A stretch of 64,000 nt of DNA, taken from positions 35,337 to 99,336 of the forward strand of contig JACRLN010000024.1 in the NCBI GenBank assembly GCA_016215115.1, written 5' to 3'. This document shows, piece after piece, positions 1 to 8,503 of the stretch. A model generated the notes under the pieces. It ran no database searches. It saw only the letters and a program-made list of their open reading frames with translations, and was not told the DNA's origin. The stretch's first letter is position 1, and the number at the start of each line of letters is the position of its first letter. Position numbers and translations under genes: made by a program. Source of the stretch: Nitrospirota bacterium. GTDB lineage: Bacteria; Nitrospirota; Thermodesulfovibrionia; UBA6902.

Positions 1-1
1 T

Positions 2-295
2 ATCGGCAGGGCCGAAGTGAGAAACCTGTTCCATATATCCAGGCTCGGAACGGTTGCCGGCTGTTATGTGCTAGACGGGAAAATTACAAGAGCAAATTCA
101 AGCGTAAGGATCATAAGAGACAATGTCGTTGTTTATGAGAGCAAACTATCATCGTTAAAGAGATTCAAAGAAGATGCAAGAGAAGTGCAGGCGGGATTTG
201 AATGCGGCATAATGGTTGAAAACTTCAATGACCTAAAGGTCGGCGATATAATTGAAAATTATGTCAAAGAAGAAGTCGCCGCCAAGTTTGAATAA
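2..295 (+). CDS. infB: translation initiation factor IF-2, C-terminal fragment (5' end outside window)
   Basis: Open frame from the window edge; translated peptide matches the conserved IF-2 C-terminal domain ([27 protein letters not shown] ... GFECGI ... DLKVGDIIE). Followed by DUF503 as in the nusA-infB-rbfA operon. Confidence 0.85.
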   Translation: MGRAEVRNLFHISRLGTVAGCYVLDGKITRANSSVRIIRDNVVVYESKLSSLKRFKEDAREVQAGFECGIMVENFNDLKVGDIIENYVKEEVAAKFE

Positions 296-342
296 ACTTA
301 TTCCTGATTAATATCATCCCTTATTTAGCAATGCTGAGTTTC

Positions 343-419
343 AAAATCCCCCTTAATCCCCCTTTTCCAAAGGGGGAGATTCAACCCCTCTTTGAAAAAG
401 AGGGGCAAGGGGAGATTTT
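343..419. repeat. Family A MITE-like repeat, copy 1 (terminal AAAATCCCCC / GGGGAGATTTT, internal CCCCCTTTTCCAAAGGGGG and CCCCTCTTTGAAAAAGAGGGG hairpins)
   Basis: Seen directly. Near-identical architecture recurs at 21563-21638, 53572-53670 and 62295-62445. Confidence 0.8.
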
Positions 420-427
420 ATAATAAT

Positions 428-709
428 ATGATCGTCGGTCTCCTTACTTTGGATTTACATATACAAGAGTCCCATTCCCTGAAGGAGAAACGCTTCGTTA
501 TAAAAAGCTTAATAGACAGGATAAAAAACAAATTCAATGTCTCTGTAGCAGAAGTTGACGCCAATGATCTCTGGCAGCGAAGCGTTATCGGAATAGCTTA
601 TGTCTCAAATGAGACAGTAATGATAAACAAGGTCTTTGAGCAGATTAAAAACCTGGTTGTCAGCATCCATTCGGTAGAATTGATCAATGCCAACATGGAA
701 CTGCTGTGA
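428..709 (+). CDS. DUF503 (YlxP-like) small protein
   Basis: The ORF-track start at 392 lies inside the family A repeat, so the ATG at 428 (MIVGLLTLDL) is more plausible. The position immediately after infB is typical for DUF503. Confidence 0.65.
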   Translation: MIVGLLTLDLHIQESHSLKEKRFVIKSLIDRIKNKFNVSVAEVDANDLWQRSVIGIAYVSNETVMINKVFEQIKNLVVSIHSVELINANMELL

Positions 710-831
710 TGTGGAATAGAGTTAACGCATTGATACATACAAGACATCCTCTTGCGAGGCAAAGAAATATCTTAAGGATAGGTTTATTGGGAAGGCTTGA
801 CATTGGAAGACAAGAGTAGTATATTGGTAGT

Positions 832-1062
832 ATGAAAGTTAAGACATCTATAACTCTTTCAGAAGACCTGATTCACAGCATTGATGAGAAAGTTGGTAAG
901 CAGAAAAACTTATCGGAGTTTATTGAGAAGGCAGTATGGGATTTCATTGAAAGACAGGAACGAAAGAAAAGAGACCTGAAAGACCTTAAGATACTCAATA
1001 AAAAGGCTGAGAAACTTAACAGAGAAGCAGAAGATGTTCTGTCTTATCAGGCTGATTTATGA
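832..1062 (+). CDS. ribbon-helix-helix (CopG/MazE-like) antitoxin
   Basis: 76 aa. N-terminal beta-strand/RHH-like start ([19 protein letters not shown]) and a charged C-terminus. Its stop overlaps the start of the downstream MazF-like gene by 4 bp (ATGA). Confidence 0.55.
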   Translation: MKVKTSITLSEDLIHSIDEKVGKQKNLSEFIEKAVWDFIERQERKKRDLKDLKILNKKAEKLNREAEDVLSYQADL

Positions 1063-1385
1063 GACGAGGCGAGCTTTATCGCGTGCATAAGGGAACGCCT
1101 CATGATCCTAAAAAGTTTCGTGTATTTGTCATAGTAAGCCGCCAGGTGCTTATTGATTCAAGGCTCTCAACAGTAATCTGTGCGCCGATTTATTCAAGTC
1201 ATGACGGCTTATCTACTCAGGTAAAAGTCGGTATTGAAGAAGGTCTGAAACACGACAGCAGTATCCACTGTGATGAACTTGTCAGCATCCCAAAGTCATT
1301 ATTAACCTATTATGTAAGTTCTCTTTCTCCTGAAAAAATGCAGGAACTGAATGACGCATTGGGAGTTGCGTTAGGTTTACATTAG
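1059..1385 (+). CDS. mazF: MazF/PemK-family mRNA interferase toxin
   Basis: 108 aa with PemK/MazF hallmarks (GELYRV ... PHDPKKxRxFVIVS ... [10 protein letters not shown] ... CDELVSIPK). Translationally coupled to the upstream RHH gene. Confidence 0.65.
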   Translation: MRRGELYRVHKGTPHDPKKFRVFVIVSRQVLIDSRLSTVICAPIYSSHDGLSTQVKVGIEEGLKHDSSIHCDELVSIPKSLLTYYVSSLSPEKMQELNDALGVALGLH

Positions 1386-1895
1386 GCAGCACACCCACGC
1401 CCACTCAAACAGCGTAATTCCAGTGTAACAGGCAATAGTCCAGTAAACATTGCCTATAATCAAGCTGCCCGTGAATATCTTCCAGTCTCTTCCACTCATG
1501 CCGTTGAATTTGCCGTGGCGCATATAGGCAGTGGTAATGAACGGGTCGAATTTTATAGATAAAAACAGGAACACTACCGGAACGCTCTTTTTCATGATCC
1601 ACGTAGTCAACCGCCCTATTCTTTTGCCGCCCTCATATCCTTTGATTCCTTTTATCGCCTCAATGCCGAGCCAATCCTTTTTTGACCAGTCGTAGAATTT
1701 CATAGACAGGATACAGACTATAAATGAAAGAACTGTCATCACAATGCCGCCCTTGAGAATGCCGAATTTATAAATGATATAAGGATAAAGAACGTAACTG
1801 AAAGCGCCTCCCATCAGACCAAGAGCGGTTATGCCGATAGTTAATTCAGACATTCTGCCTTTATAGGTCAGGACTTTTTCGATAAACTTGTTCAT
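1377..1895 (-). CDS. hypothetical multi-pass membrane protein
   Basis: 172 aa with 4-5 predicted hydrophobic helices and no recognisable motif. Confidence 0.4.
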   Translation of the reverse strand: MNKFIEKVLTYKGRMSELTIGITALGLMGGAFSYVLYPYIIYKFGILKGGIVMTVLSFIVCILSMKFYDWSKKDWLGIEAIKGIKGYEGGKRIGRLTTWIMKKSVPVVFLFLSIKFDPFITTAYMRHGKFNGMSGRDWKIFTGSLIIGNVYWTIACYTGITLFEWAWVCCLM

Positions 1896-1938
1896 GCTAT
1901 TACCCTCTGAAAGAGGGATGAAAGGAGATTTTACAGAA

Positions 1939-3273
1939 TTATTTCAATCTATTAATCCGCTGCAAACATTTGTTCACTTCTTCCTCCAGATGCACTGGAT
2001 AACACCGCCAGTATTTATCAGCAGCTTTATCCGAAGGCAGTAATTGTACTACTAATGGTTTAACGCCAAAATGCTTTATTACCTGTTCATAGGCAGGCAT
2101 AACAACTGTGTTTAAAAATATTTCTTCTTCTTTTGACGTGACAAAGTTCTCAAAAAGGACTCCGTGACATATAAAGAGGGAAAGAAAATATTTATAGTAT
2201 TCTTTTGCCTTTTTACCGTGTGTTTTATACCATGATGAAGCATCATATATATCAATAGTCGGCAACCCCGATTTTAATAACCTGTGATGAAAGTCAACAA
2301 GATTCTCACCAAAGATCGTCTTAATTTCGTTTAACATTTTCTTTTCAGCCGTCATAAGGTCGATGATTTTTCGGTAGTGAAATATCATATGCTCTTTTCC
2401 ATTTCTTCTATCAAGAAAAGGCATCTTTCCCAGAGCGACCTTGTCTGCATTTCTTGTACAAAACTTATCCTCTAAATATTCCCAACCAAGTGGTTTGAGA
2501 TTTGTCTTGTTAGCTAACCCCTGAAAATGCATATTTTCAATATTAGATGTCATTATATGTCTAAACAGGACAGCTCTTGGTTCTTTTTTCAATGCTTCAG
2601 GTATTTCACCTAAATAATCCAAAACCTTCTTACTGAGTGATACATTATTCCAACGTTTCCAAACTTCTACTTTTGCTTCTTCAAGAGATGTATATATGCC
2701 CATTATCTCTTTATGCTGAGAATTCTGTTTATTCGTTGCCGGGTTGTAATATATCGCTTCAATATAATCCGCCGGTTCTTCATGATTGTAATAACGCCAC
2801 CTTTCAACCCTTCTAATCTGAGTAAACAGATATTCTTTATTAAAAACTTTTTGAATCACCTTACTTAATCCATTACTGACTCTTGCATGCATTGAAAACT
2901 TGTTAACTCCAAATCGTTTCTCCGCTTCATCCCTCATTTTATAAAGCATTCTGGAAAAACCACTTCCTTTTTGAAATTCAGGAAGTATTACCAAAGTTTC
3001 AACATAATATCTTCCGGAATCTTCTTTCATCTCAGGATCATCTTCCCCTATTTCGCAAAAAGCTTCATTATGAGGGATTGCGAGGAGATAGCCCGCTGTC
3101 TTTCCATTATCCTGCAGAAGAATATTTATGTTCTTATCTTTTTCAAGCATACTGCCGTAATATTCCTTTTCATCGTCATATGTCCAGCCATTAGGGAATG
3201 CCTTGCCCCTGACAAGTATAATCTCTCTCAGCGCCTTCTCATCAAAGCAATTTAGAACTTCAACTGTAAGCAT
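1939..3273 (-). CDS. GNAT N-acetyltransferase domain fused to a C-terminal domain of about 290 aa of unknown function
   Basis: 444 aa. The N-terminal 150 aa have a GNAT motif A (LPEFQKGSGFSRMLY). The C-terminal part has no motif I can assign. Divergently transcribed from the XRE regulator. Confidence 0.6.
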   Translation of the reverse strand: MLTVEVLNCFDEKALREIILVRGKAFPNGWTYDDEKEYYGSMLEKDKNINILLQDNGKTAGYLLAIPHNEAFCEIGEDDPEMKEDSGRYYVETLVILPEFQKGSGFSRMLYKMRDEAEKRFGVNKFSMHARVSNGLSKVIQKVFNKEYLFTQIRRVERWRYYNHEEPADYIEAIYYNPATNKQNSQHKEIMGIYTSLEEAKVEVWKRWNNVSLSKKVLDYLGEIPEALKKEPRAVLFRHIMTSNIENMHFQGLANKTNLKPLGWEYLEDKFCTRNADKVALGKMPFLDRRNGKEHMIFHYRKIIDLMTAEKKMLNEIKTIFGENLVDFHHRLLKSGLPTIDIYDASSWYKTHGKKAKEYYKYFLSLFICHGVLFENFVTSKEEEIFLNTVVMPAYEQVIKHFGVKPLVVQLLPSDKAADKYWRCYPVHLEEEVNKCLQRINRLK

Positions 3274-3478
3274 AGTTTTAGCGTTTATACCAGTAAAGAG
3301 ACTTTTTATTAATTATTGTGATGGGAGCTATTGTTCTAATAGATATAATTTAAGCTCGATAATAGCCCTAATGAATACAATTCTATCCCCAATAAGAACT
3401 TATTGTCAATAAAATAGTTCTTACTAAGCCGTTCATATTTTGTTTCTTTAAAGGGTATTTTTGAAAGGAGAAATAAAT

Positions 3479-3796
3479 ATGAACGAAAAGAAATTAATAG
3501 GACGACGGATTAAAGAGTTAAGGAGAAGTAAAGAATTATCTCAGGAGAAGCTCGCAGAATTGGCAGAAACAAGCCCTAATTATCTAAGCCGTATGGAGCG
3601 AGGCACGGAAAACCCCACGCTTGACATGCTCATAAAACTCTCCAATGCCCTTGAAGTGGAAATGTGGGAGATATTTGACTTCGGTCATGTCACAGAGCGC
3701 AAGGCTCTGAAAGAGTCCCTCCAAGCATTCCTCAAAACCGCAGACGAACCTACCCTCCGCCTCGCCCTGAAAATCATCAGAGCAGTTGCGAGATAG
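3479..3796 (+). CDS. XRE-family helix-turn-helix transcriptional regulator
   Basis: HTH_XRE signature (LIGRRIKELRRSKELSQEKLAELAETSPNYLSRMERG). AAGGAG ribosome-binding site upstream of the ATG at 3479; the ORF track began at an upstream TTG at 3461. Confidence 0.7.
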   Translation: MNEKKLIGRRIKELRRSKELSQEKLAELAETSPNYLSRMERGTENPTLDMLIKLSNALEVEMWEIFDFGHVTERKALKESLQAFLKTADEPTLRLALKIIRAVAR

Positions 3797-3860
3797 AATA
3801 GTTTTAGTCTTCTGCTCATTCGATTTAATAAATATGCTACAATTAAACAACTGGAGGTGT

Positions 3861-4106
3861 ATGATGCCGACAACAAAAAAGACATTTTATCGAGAACCTA
3901 ATGATACATATTTCAGAGAGCATTTATCTGAATTTGTTAAAGAACACGGCGGCGACTATGTTGTCATTGCAGGCGGACAATTAATAGGATTTGCCCGTAA
4001 GGATAACATCTCCTCACTTATGAAGAAAGCACGGGAAATGTTCCCTGCCGATATACCAATGTTATCTCCCATACCACGAGAGGAAGAATTAGAGTGCATT
4101 CTCTAA
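3861..4106 (+). CDS. small hypothetical protein, partner of the retropepsin-like gene
   Basis: GGAGGTG ribosome-binding site precedes the ATG at 3861 (MMPTTKK). About 81 aa. Its 3' end overlaps the next gene by 13 bp. Confidence 0.5.
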   Translation: MMPTTKKTFYREPNDTYFREHLSEFVKEHGGDYVVIAGGQLIGFARKDNISSLMKKAREMFPADIPMLSPIPREEELECIL

Positions 4107-4501
4107 TATTCCCCTACCAGTTAATAAATAAAAGGCATATTCCAGTAATCCCTTTAATTCTTCATGGTTCTCGAAATACAAAAATAAGAACAGAGGCATT
4201 TGTTGATTCCGGCGCAACATTCAGTATTTTTAATGTAGATATTGCAAAAAGTCTGATGCTCAATCTCAAAAATGCACGTGAACAGTTTTTCGTAGTCGGA
4301 GACGGCAGCTTCATACCTGCAAAGGTTATAAAAATACCGGTTGAGATAGGCAACGAAAAAATTATCTCAGATATTGCCTTTTCTGAAAAACTGAATATCG
4401 GCTTTAATTTGCTCGGCAGAAAAGGAATATTTGAATATTTTGATGAAATAGCTTTTAATGAAAAAGCAAAAGAAGTTATTTTTAGATGGAAAGCGAGATA
4501 G
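4094..4501 (+). CDS. retropepsin-like (clan AA) aspartic protease domain protein
   Basis: Contains the aspartyl-protease active-site signature FVDSGATFSIF (D-S/T-G-A) followed by the hydrophobic-Gly pattern. GTG start overlaps the upstream small gene. Confidence 0.6.
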   Translation: MHSLIFPYQLINKRHIPVIPLILHGSRNTKIRTEAFVDSGATFSIFNVDIAKSLMLNLKNAREQFFVVGDGSFIPAKVIKIPVEIGNEKIISDIAFSEKLNIGFNLLGRKGIFEYFDEIAFNEKAKEVIFRWKAR

Positions 4502-4507
4502 TAAACT

Positions 4508-4885
4508 ATGCACCCATATAAACGTTCAGCAAGGGTCGGTGATTTAATACGGGAAGAAATCGCTGACATTATATTGAATAAGATCAAACACAAAACACTC
4601 GGCTTCATTACAGTTACCGGAGCAAAGGTTAGCGATGACCTGAGAAATGCAACAGTATTCCTAAGCGTTCTTAATAGCGAAGACGCGGACAAGACAGTGC
4701 GGAAACTCACTGAATCATCGGCTTTTATCAGAGGCGAACTCGGCAGAAGGCTGAAGATGAAGTTCGTCCCGTCTCTTACTTTCAGGATTGACGAGTCAAT
4801 TCAATACGGGATGAAAATTGACAAATTACTCAATAACATTAAATCAGAAAGGAACGCACCTGACGAAGATGAAGATCTCTTCTAA
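4508..4885 (+). CDS. rbfA: ribosome-binding factor A
   Basis: 125 aa. RbfA-like sequence (RVGDLIREEIADII ... ITVTGAKVSDDLRNATVFLSV) in the conserved position after infB and before truB. Confidence 0.85.
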   Translation: MHPYKRSARVGDLIREEIADIILNKIKHKTLGFITVTGAKVSDDLRNATVFLSVLNSEDADKTVRKLTESSAFIRGELGRRLKMKFVPSLTFRIDESIQYGMKIDKLLNNIKSERNAPDEDEDLF

Positions 4886-5849
4886 ACTGCTCAATGTTAT
4901 CAGGCAGAATAAATCTTTTCTTATTGTGGGACATATTAATCCGGAAGGCGATGCAATCGGTTCAGTATTGGCGCTTGCGCTCGGATTGAAAAAGATGGGA
5001 AATAATAACACCTATCCCCTGAGCAAAGACGGCGTGCCTGAAATCCTGAAGTTCCTGCCCTCATCAAGAACAATAAAACAAACTCCCCCTAAAAAAGAAG
5101 TTGATGTCTTATGTATAGTAGACTGCAATACACTGGAACGAACCGGCTTTAAGGAATTAAAAGCGAAACACACCGTTATTATCGATCATCATATCCCGCC
5201 TGATGATGCGGATAAATCCGAACTGTACAGGAAATCGGCGGCAAGCGTCATTGATACCGGAGCCGCGGCAACAGGGATGCTCATTTATAAGCTTTTGTCT
5301 GCGCTCAAGATATCCATCGATAAAAACATTGCCACAAATTTATACACAGCATTACTTGTAGACACCGGAGGATTCAGATATTCCAACACCTCGCCTGAAG
5401 CCTTAAAGATTGCATGTCATCTCATTCAGGCCGGCGCAAGACCGTGGGATATAGCAAAAGAATTATACGAAAGCATCCCCTTCAAATCAATGAAGCTTTT
5501 AGGCCTTTCACTCGCTACCCTTGATAAAAAAGACGGCATAGCGTGGATTACCGCTGCTACGGACATGTTCAAAAAGACAGGCACAACCTACGAGGATTCT
5601 GAAGATTTTGTCGATTTTCCCAGAAAGGTCAAGGATATCGAGGTGGCTGTTTTTTTCAGGGAAGATGATAAAAATGTATTCAAGCTCAGCCTCCGTTCAA
5701 AAGGCAGGATTAATGTCGAAAAGATCGCAAAAAGTTTCGGAGGCGGCGGACATTTCGCAGCCGCAGGATGCAAGATAAAAGGGACTTTGCAGGAAGTACA
5801 GAAAAAGGTCTTTGCGGAAGTAAGGAAAGCTATAAAGGATGCGAAATGA
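4869..5849 (+). CDS. nrnA: DHH-family phosphoesterase NrnA (bifunctional oligoribonuclease / pAp phosphatase)
   Basis: DHH motifs (VGHINPEGDAIGS, IIDHH) and the DHHA1 GGGH motif. The ORF-track start at 4818 overlaps rbfA, so the internal ATG (MKISSKLL) is preferred. Confidence 0.75.
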   Translation: MKISSKLLNVIRQNKSFLIVGHINPEGDAIGSVLALALGLKKMGNNNTYPLSKDGVPEILKFLPSSRTIKQTPPKKEVDVLCIVDCNTLERTGFKELKAKHTVIIDHHIPPDDADKSELYRKSAASVIDTGAAATGMLIYKLLSALKISIDKNIATNLYTALLVDTGGFRYSNTSPEALKIACHLIQAGARPWDIAKELYESIPFKSMKLLGLSLATLDKKDGIAWITAATDMFKKTGTTYEDSEDFVDFPRKVKDIEVAVFFREDDKNVFKLSLRSKGRINVEKIAKSFGGGGHFAAAGCKIKGTLQEVQKKVFAEVRKAIKDAK

Positions 5850-6000
5850 ACTACTTAGTTGAAATCGGAGCTACAAGTTTGTCATTCCGTACTTGATGCG
5901 GAATTCAGTAGGGGCAATTCATGAATTGCCACTACATATTCTCTGGATTCCCGTTTACACAGGAATTACAGAAGAACTGGAATTACTTGTTTACAACCTC

Positions 6001-6903
6001 ATGGACCTTATAATCGCCCTTAACAAACCCAAAGATATCACATCTCAAGACGCTGTTACAAAAGTAAAAAAGATTTTAAAAATAAAAAAGGCCGGCCATA
6101 CCGGCACGCTTGACCCGATGGCAACAGGGCTTCTGCTTGTATGTATAAACAGGGCCACGCGGCTTGCTTCATATTTTTGCAACCTCGATAAAGAATACAG
6201 GGCTGTAATGAAACTCGGTGAGACAACTGATACGCAGGATGCTTACGGTAAAATTATTGCTAAGAGCGATAAAATTGAAATCGGCAACACCATAATAGAA
6301 GAGTGTTTAATATCATTTAAAGGCAACATATTACAGCAGCCACCTATGTTCTCTGCATTAAAACACGAAGGGCAGCCGCTCTACAAATTGGCAAGAAAAG
6401 GAATTGAAGTTGACAGGAAACCAAGAGAAGTAAGCATATATGATATTGATCTTATTAATATTAACTTTCCATATGTGACGTTCCGTGTTGTGTGTTCAAA
6501 AGGAACTTATATAAGAACACTATGCGATGATATAGGCAAAAAACTTGGTGTTGGCGCACACCTTTTTGAACTTGAGCGCACAGCAATAGGGTCCTTCAGA
6601 ATTGCAAACAGCTTAACTATTGAAGAATTAATAAGTTTAAATATAAATGAACCAGACGGAAAAGGTGTTTACACAATGGATAAGGCTTTATCATGGATGC
6701 CGGCATTTAAAATAGATGATGCAACAATAAAAGCTGTCAAGCATGGAAATCCGATCAGGATTCTAACTCTTTCTGATGATTACAAAAAAGCAGAAGGCAT
6801 AAGAATAAAATCACCTGATGATGAATTTCTTGCAGTCGGCAGTTTTTCCCCTGAGAGAAATACTATTAAAATGGATGTGGTATTTGCATGTGAAAAAAAC
6901 TAA
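6001..6903 (+). CDS. truB: tRNA pseudouridine(55) synthase
   Basis: TruB catalytic motif (GHTGTLDPMATGLLLVCI) and a PUA-like C-terminus. The start was chosen at an internal Met (MDLIIALNKP), and the upstream extension is uncertain. Confidence 0.8.
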   Translation: MDLIIALNKPKDITSQDAVTKVKKILKIKKAGHTGTLDPMATGLLLVCINRATRLASYFCNLDKEYRAVMKLGETTDTQDAYGKIIAKSDKIEIGNTIIEECLISFKGNILQQPPMFSALKHEGQPLYKLARKGIEVDRKPREVSIYDIDLININFPYVTFRVVCSKGTYIRTLCDDIGKKLGVGAHLFELERTAIGSFRIANSLTIEELISLNINEPDGKGVYTMDKALSWMPAFKIDDATIKAVKHGNPIRILTLSDDYKKAEGIRIKSPDDEFLAVGSFSPERNTIKMDVVFACEKN

Positions 6904-7174
6904 ATTACAAAATAAAAACGAATTAACCCTGAAAATTAAAGTTGAACCCCGCTCATCCAGGGCAGGCATCATCGGTCAATACGGCGATGCCCTGAAAGTC
7001 AAACTCACCTCCCCTCCTGTTGAAGGAAAAGCAAACAAGGAACTAATTGAAATCCTTGCAAAAGAATTTAGCATTGCCAGAAAAGATATTGAAATAATTT
7101 CGGGGCAGAGTTCCAAAAATAAAATTGTAAAACTCTACGGTGTGAAAAGCGTTAAGGACAGATTGGAAAAATGA
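6875..7174 (+). CDS. DUF167 (YggU-like) protein
   Basis: Conserved DUF167 core (LKIKVEPRSSRAGIIGQYGDALKVKLTSPPVEGKANKELIEILAKEF). The start is uncertain and overlaps the truB 3' end. Confidence 0.6.
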   Translation: MWYLHVKKTKLQNKNELTLKIKVEPRSSRAGIIGQYGDALKVKLTSPPVEGKANKELIEILAKEFSIARKDIEIISGQSSKNKIVKLYGVKSVKDRLEK

Positions 7175-7185
7175 GAATCCTGTTT

Positions 7186-8412
7186 TTACAGAAAGGTTCC
7201 TTTTTTATTCTTTTTATTGCTGTACATAAGTTTATCTGCCTCAGCCAGCAGCTCATCGGCAGAAAGAGGCGATGTCGGATCAAAACACGATATACCGACA
7301 CTGATTGAGAGCTTGTAACCGTGTTCTTCCTGTACATTGTAAGCATCGATGTTTTTCTGCAGTCTATCCATAATTATTTCAACATGGCCCTCTGAGGTCC
7401 CTACGGGGAAAACCACAAACTCATCGCCGCCGATGCGGGCGATAATGTCGGATTCACGGTACGTTGCTTTCAGGATATTGGCTGTCACAAGCAACACCTC
7501 ATCACCATTATTGTGTCCCAGGGTATCATTGATTTCTTTCAGATTATCCAGGTCCGCATAAAGCAGCATAAGTTTCATGTTTTGACGTTTGGCTAATTTC
7601 AGATGATGCTCAATCAGTTTGAAGAAACCCCGTCTGTTGTAAAGCCCTGTCAGTTCATCGGTAATTGAAAGGCTGTGCAGTTGCTTTTCTATCTTCTTGC
7701 GTTCAGTGATATCCCTGACTACATGTATCAGACCTGTTATCTTATTATTTCTGTCCCGTCGCGGGATCGCCCGTATTTCCATAAACATATTTAAATGAGG
7801 CTCAAATATTTCAGAATTGCAGGGTTCACCTGTAGTTAGGGAATTGCAGCTCGGACACCCCCGCAAAGGCTTTTCTGTGCCATGATAATGCGTATAACAT
7901 TTTGAATTAAATATCTTATCCAGGACAGGCAATTGAAACTTTTCCAGCGCTGACCTGTTGGCCCGTATGATATTAAAATCCTTGTCATGAATTGTGACAA
8001 TGTCTGTGATGGAATTGAAGACGTCTTCCCAGTCTTGCTTGGCCTGAAGGATGGTTTCTTCCGCTTTCTTAAGCTCGACTATTTGCCGTTGAAATGGCTT
8101 TATCAACAAAATGTAAATTATCGGGAATATTGTTAATGTCAATAAAGACGCATCAAGGAGAGCCCCCCGAAACTTCAATGAAAAAGACAAAATAGGAAAA
8201 ACAAGCATGACAACAACTTCTGTCAGGAATATCGACACCACAGCAATGAGAAAGAGATGAAGAGGTTTGCTGTAATTTAATTCAGTCCTTAGGGATAGTG
8301 AATCCCTTGAGTCCTTGTTTGAAGAATTCATATTTGCCATGTATTCAGATTTCATATAATAATATCCCGTCGGTCTGCTATTTGTGACTCTTATCGGCAT
8401 TTCAATCACCAT
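7186..8412 (-). CDS. membrane-anchored PAS-GGDEF diguanylate cyclase
   Basis: Two N-terminal TM helices, a PAS-like domain with a Cys cluster (CYTHYHGTEKPLRGCPSCNS) and an intact GGDEF active site (RIGGDEFVVF). Confidence 0.8.
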   Translation of the reverse strand: MVIEMPIRVTNSRPTGYYYMKSEYMANMNSSNKDSRDSLSLRTELNYSKPLHLFLIAVVSIFLTEVVVMLVFPILSFSLKFRGALLDASLLTLTIFPIIYILLIKPFQRQIVELKKAEETILQAKQDWEDVFNSITDIVTIHDKDFNIIRANRSALEKFQLPVLDKIFNSKCYTHYHGTEKPLRGCPSCNSLTTGEPCNSEIFEPHLNMFMEIRAIPRRDRNNKITGLIHVVRDITERKKIEKQLHSLSITDELTGLYNRRGFFKLIEHHLKLAKRQNMKLMLLYADLDNLKEINDTLGHNNGDEVLLVTANILKATYRESDIIARIGGDEFVVFPVGTSEGHVEIIMDRLQKNIDAYNVQEEHGYKLSISVGISCFDPTSPLSADELLAEADKLMYSNKKNKKGTFL

Positions 8413-8503
8413 ACATTAGCATGAGAGTTAAAATAAATATGGTTATGCGGGAAAGAGGGTGGATACACTATATTGAGGACAGGATATTAATGACAGGTAT
8501 CAA

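Noticed and set aside
392-427. ORF-track start at 392 for the DUF503 gene (MKKRGKGRFYNN...) and the similar MAKRGKGRFYKDD peptide of ORF 21398-21589
   Set aside because: Both peptides are translations of Family A repeat DNA (GAAAAAGAGGGGCAAGGGGAGATTTTAT). The real DUF503 start is the ATG at 428, and 21398-21589 is an antisense artefact.
720-4505. Calling the infB-rbfA island a prophage or integrative element
   Set aside because: No integrase, excisionase, transposase, att-like direct repeats or phage structural genes are visible in or near the island, and the tRNAs in the window are far away. Only accessory-islet status is supported.
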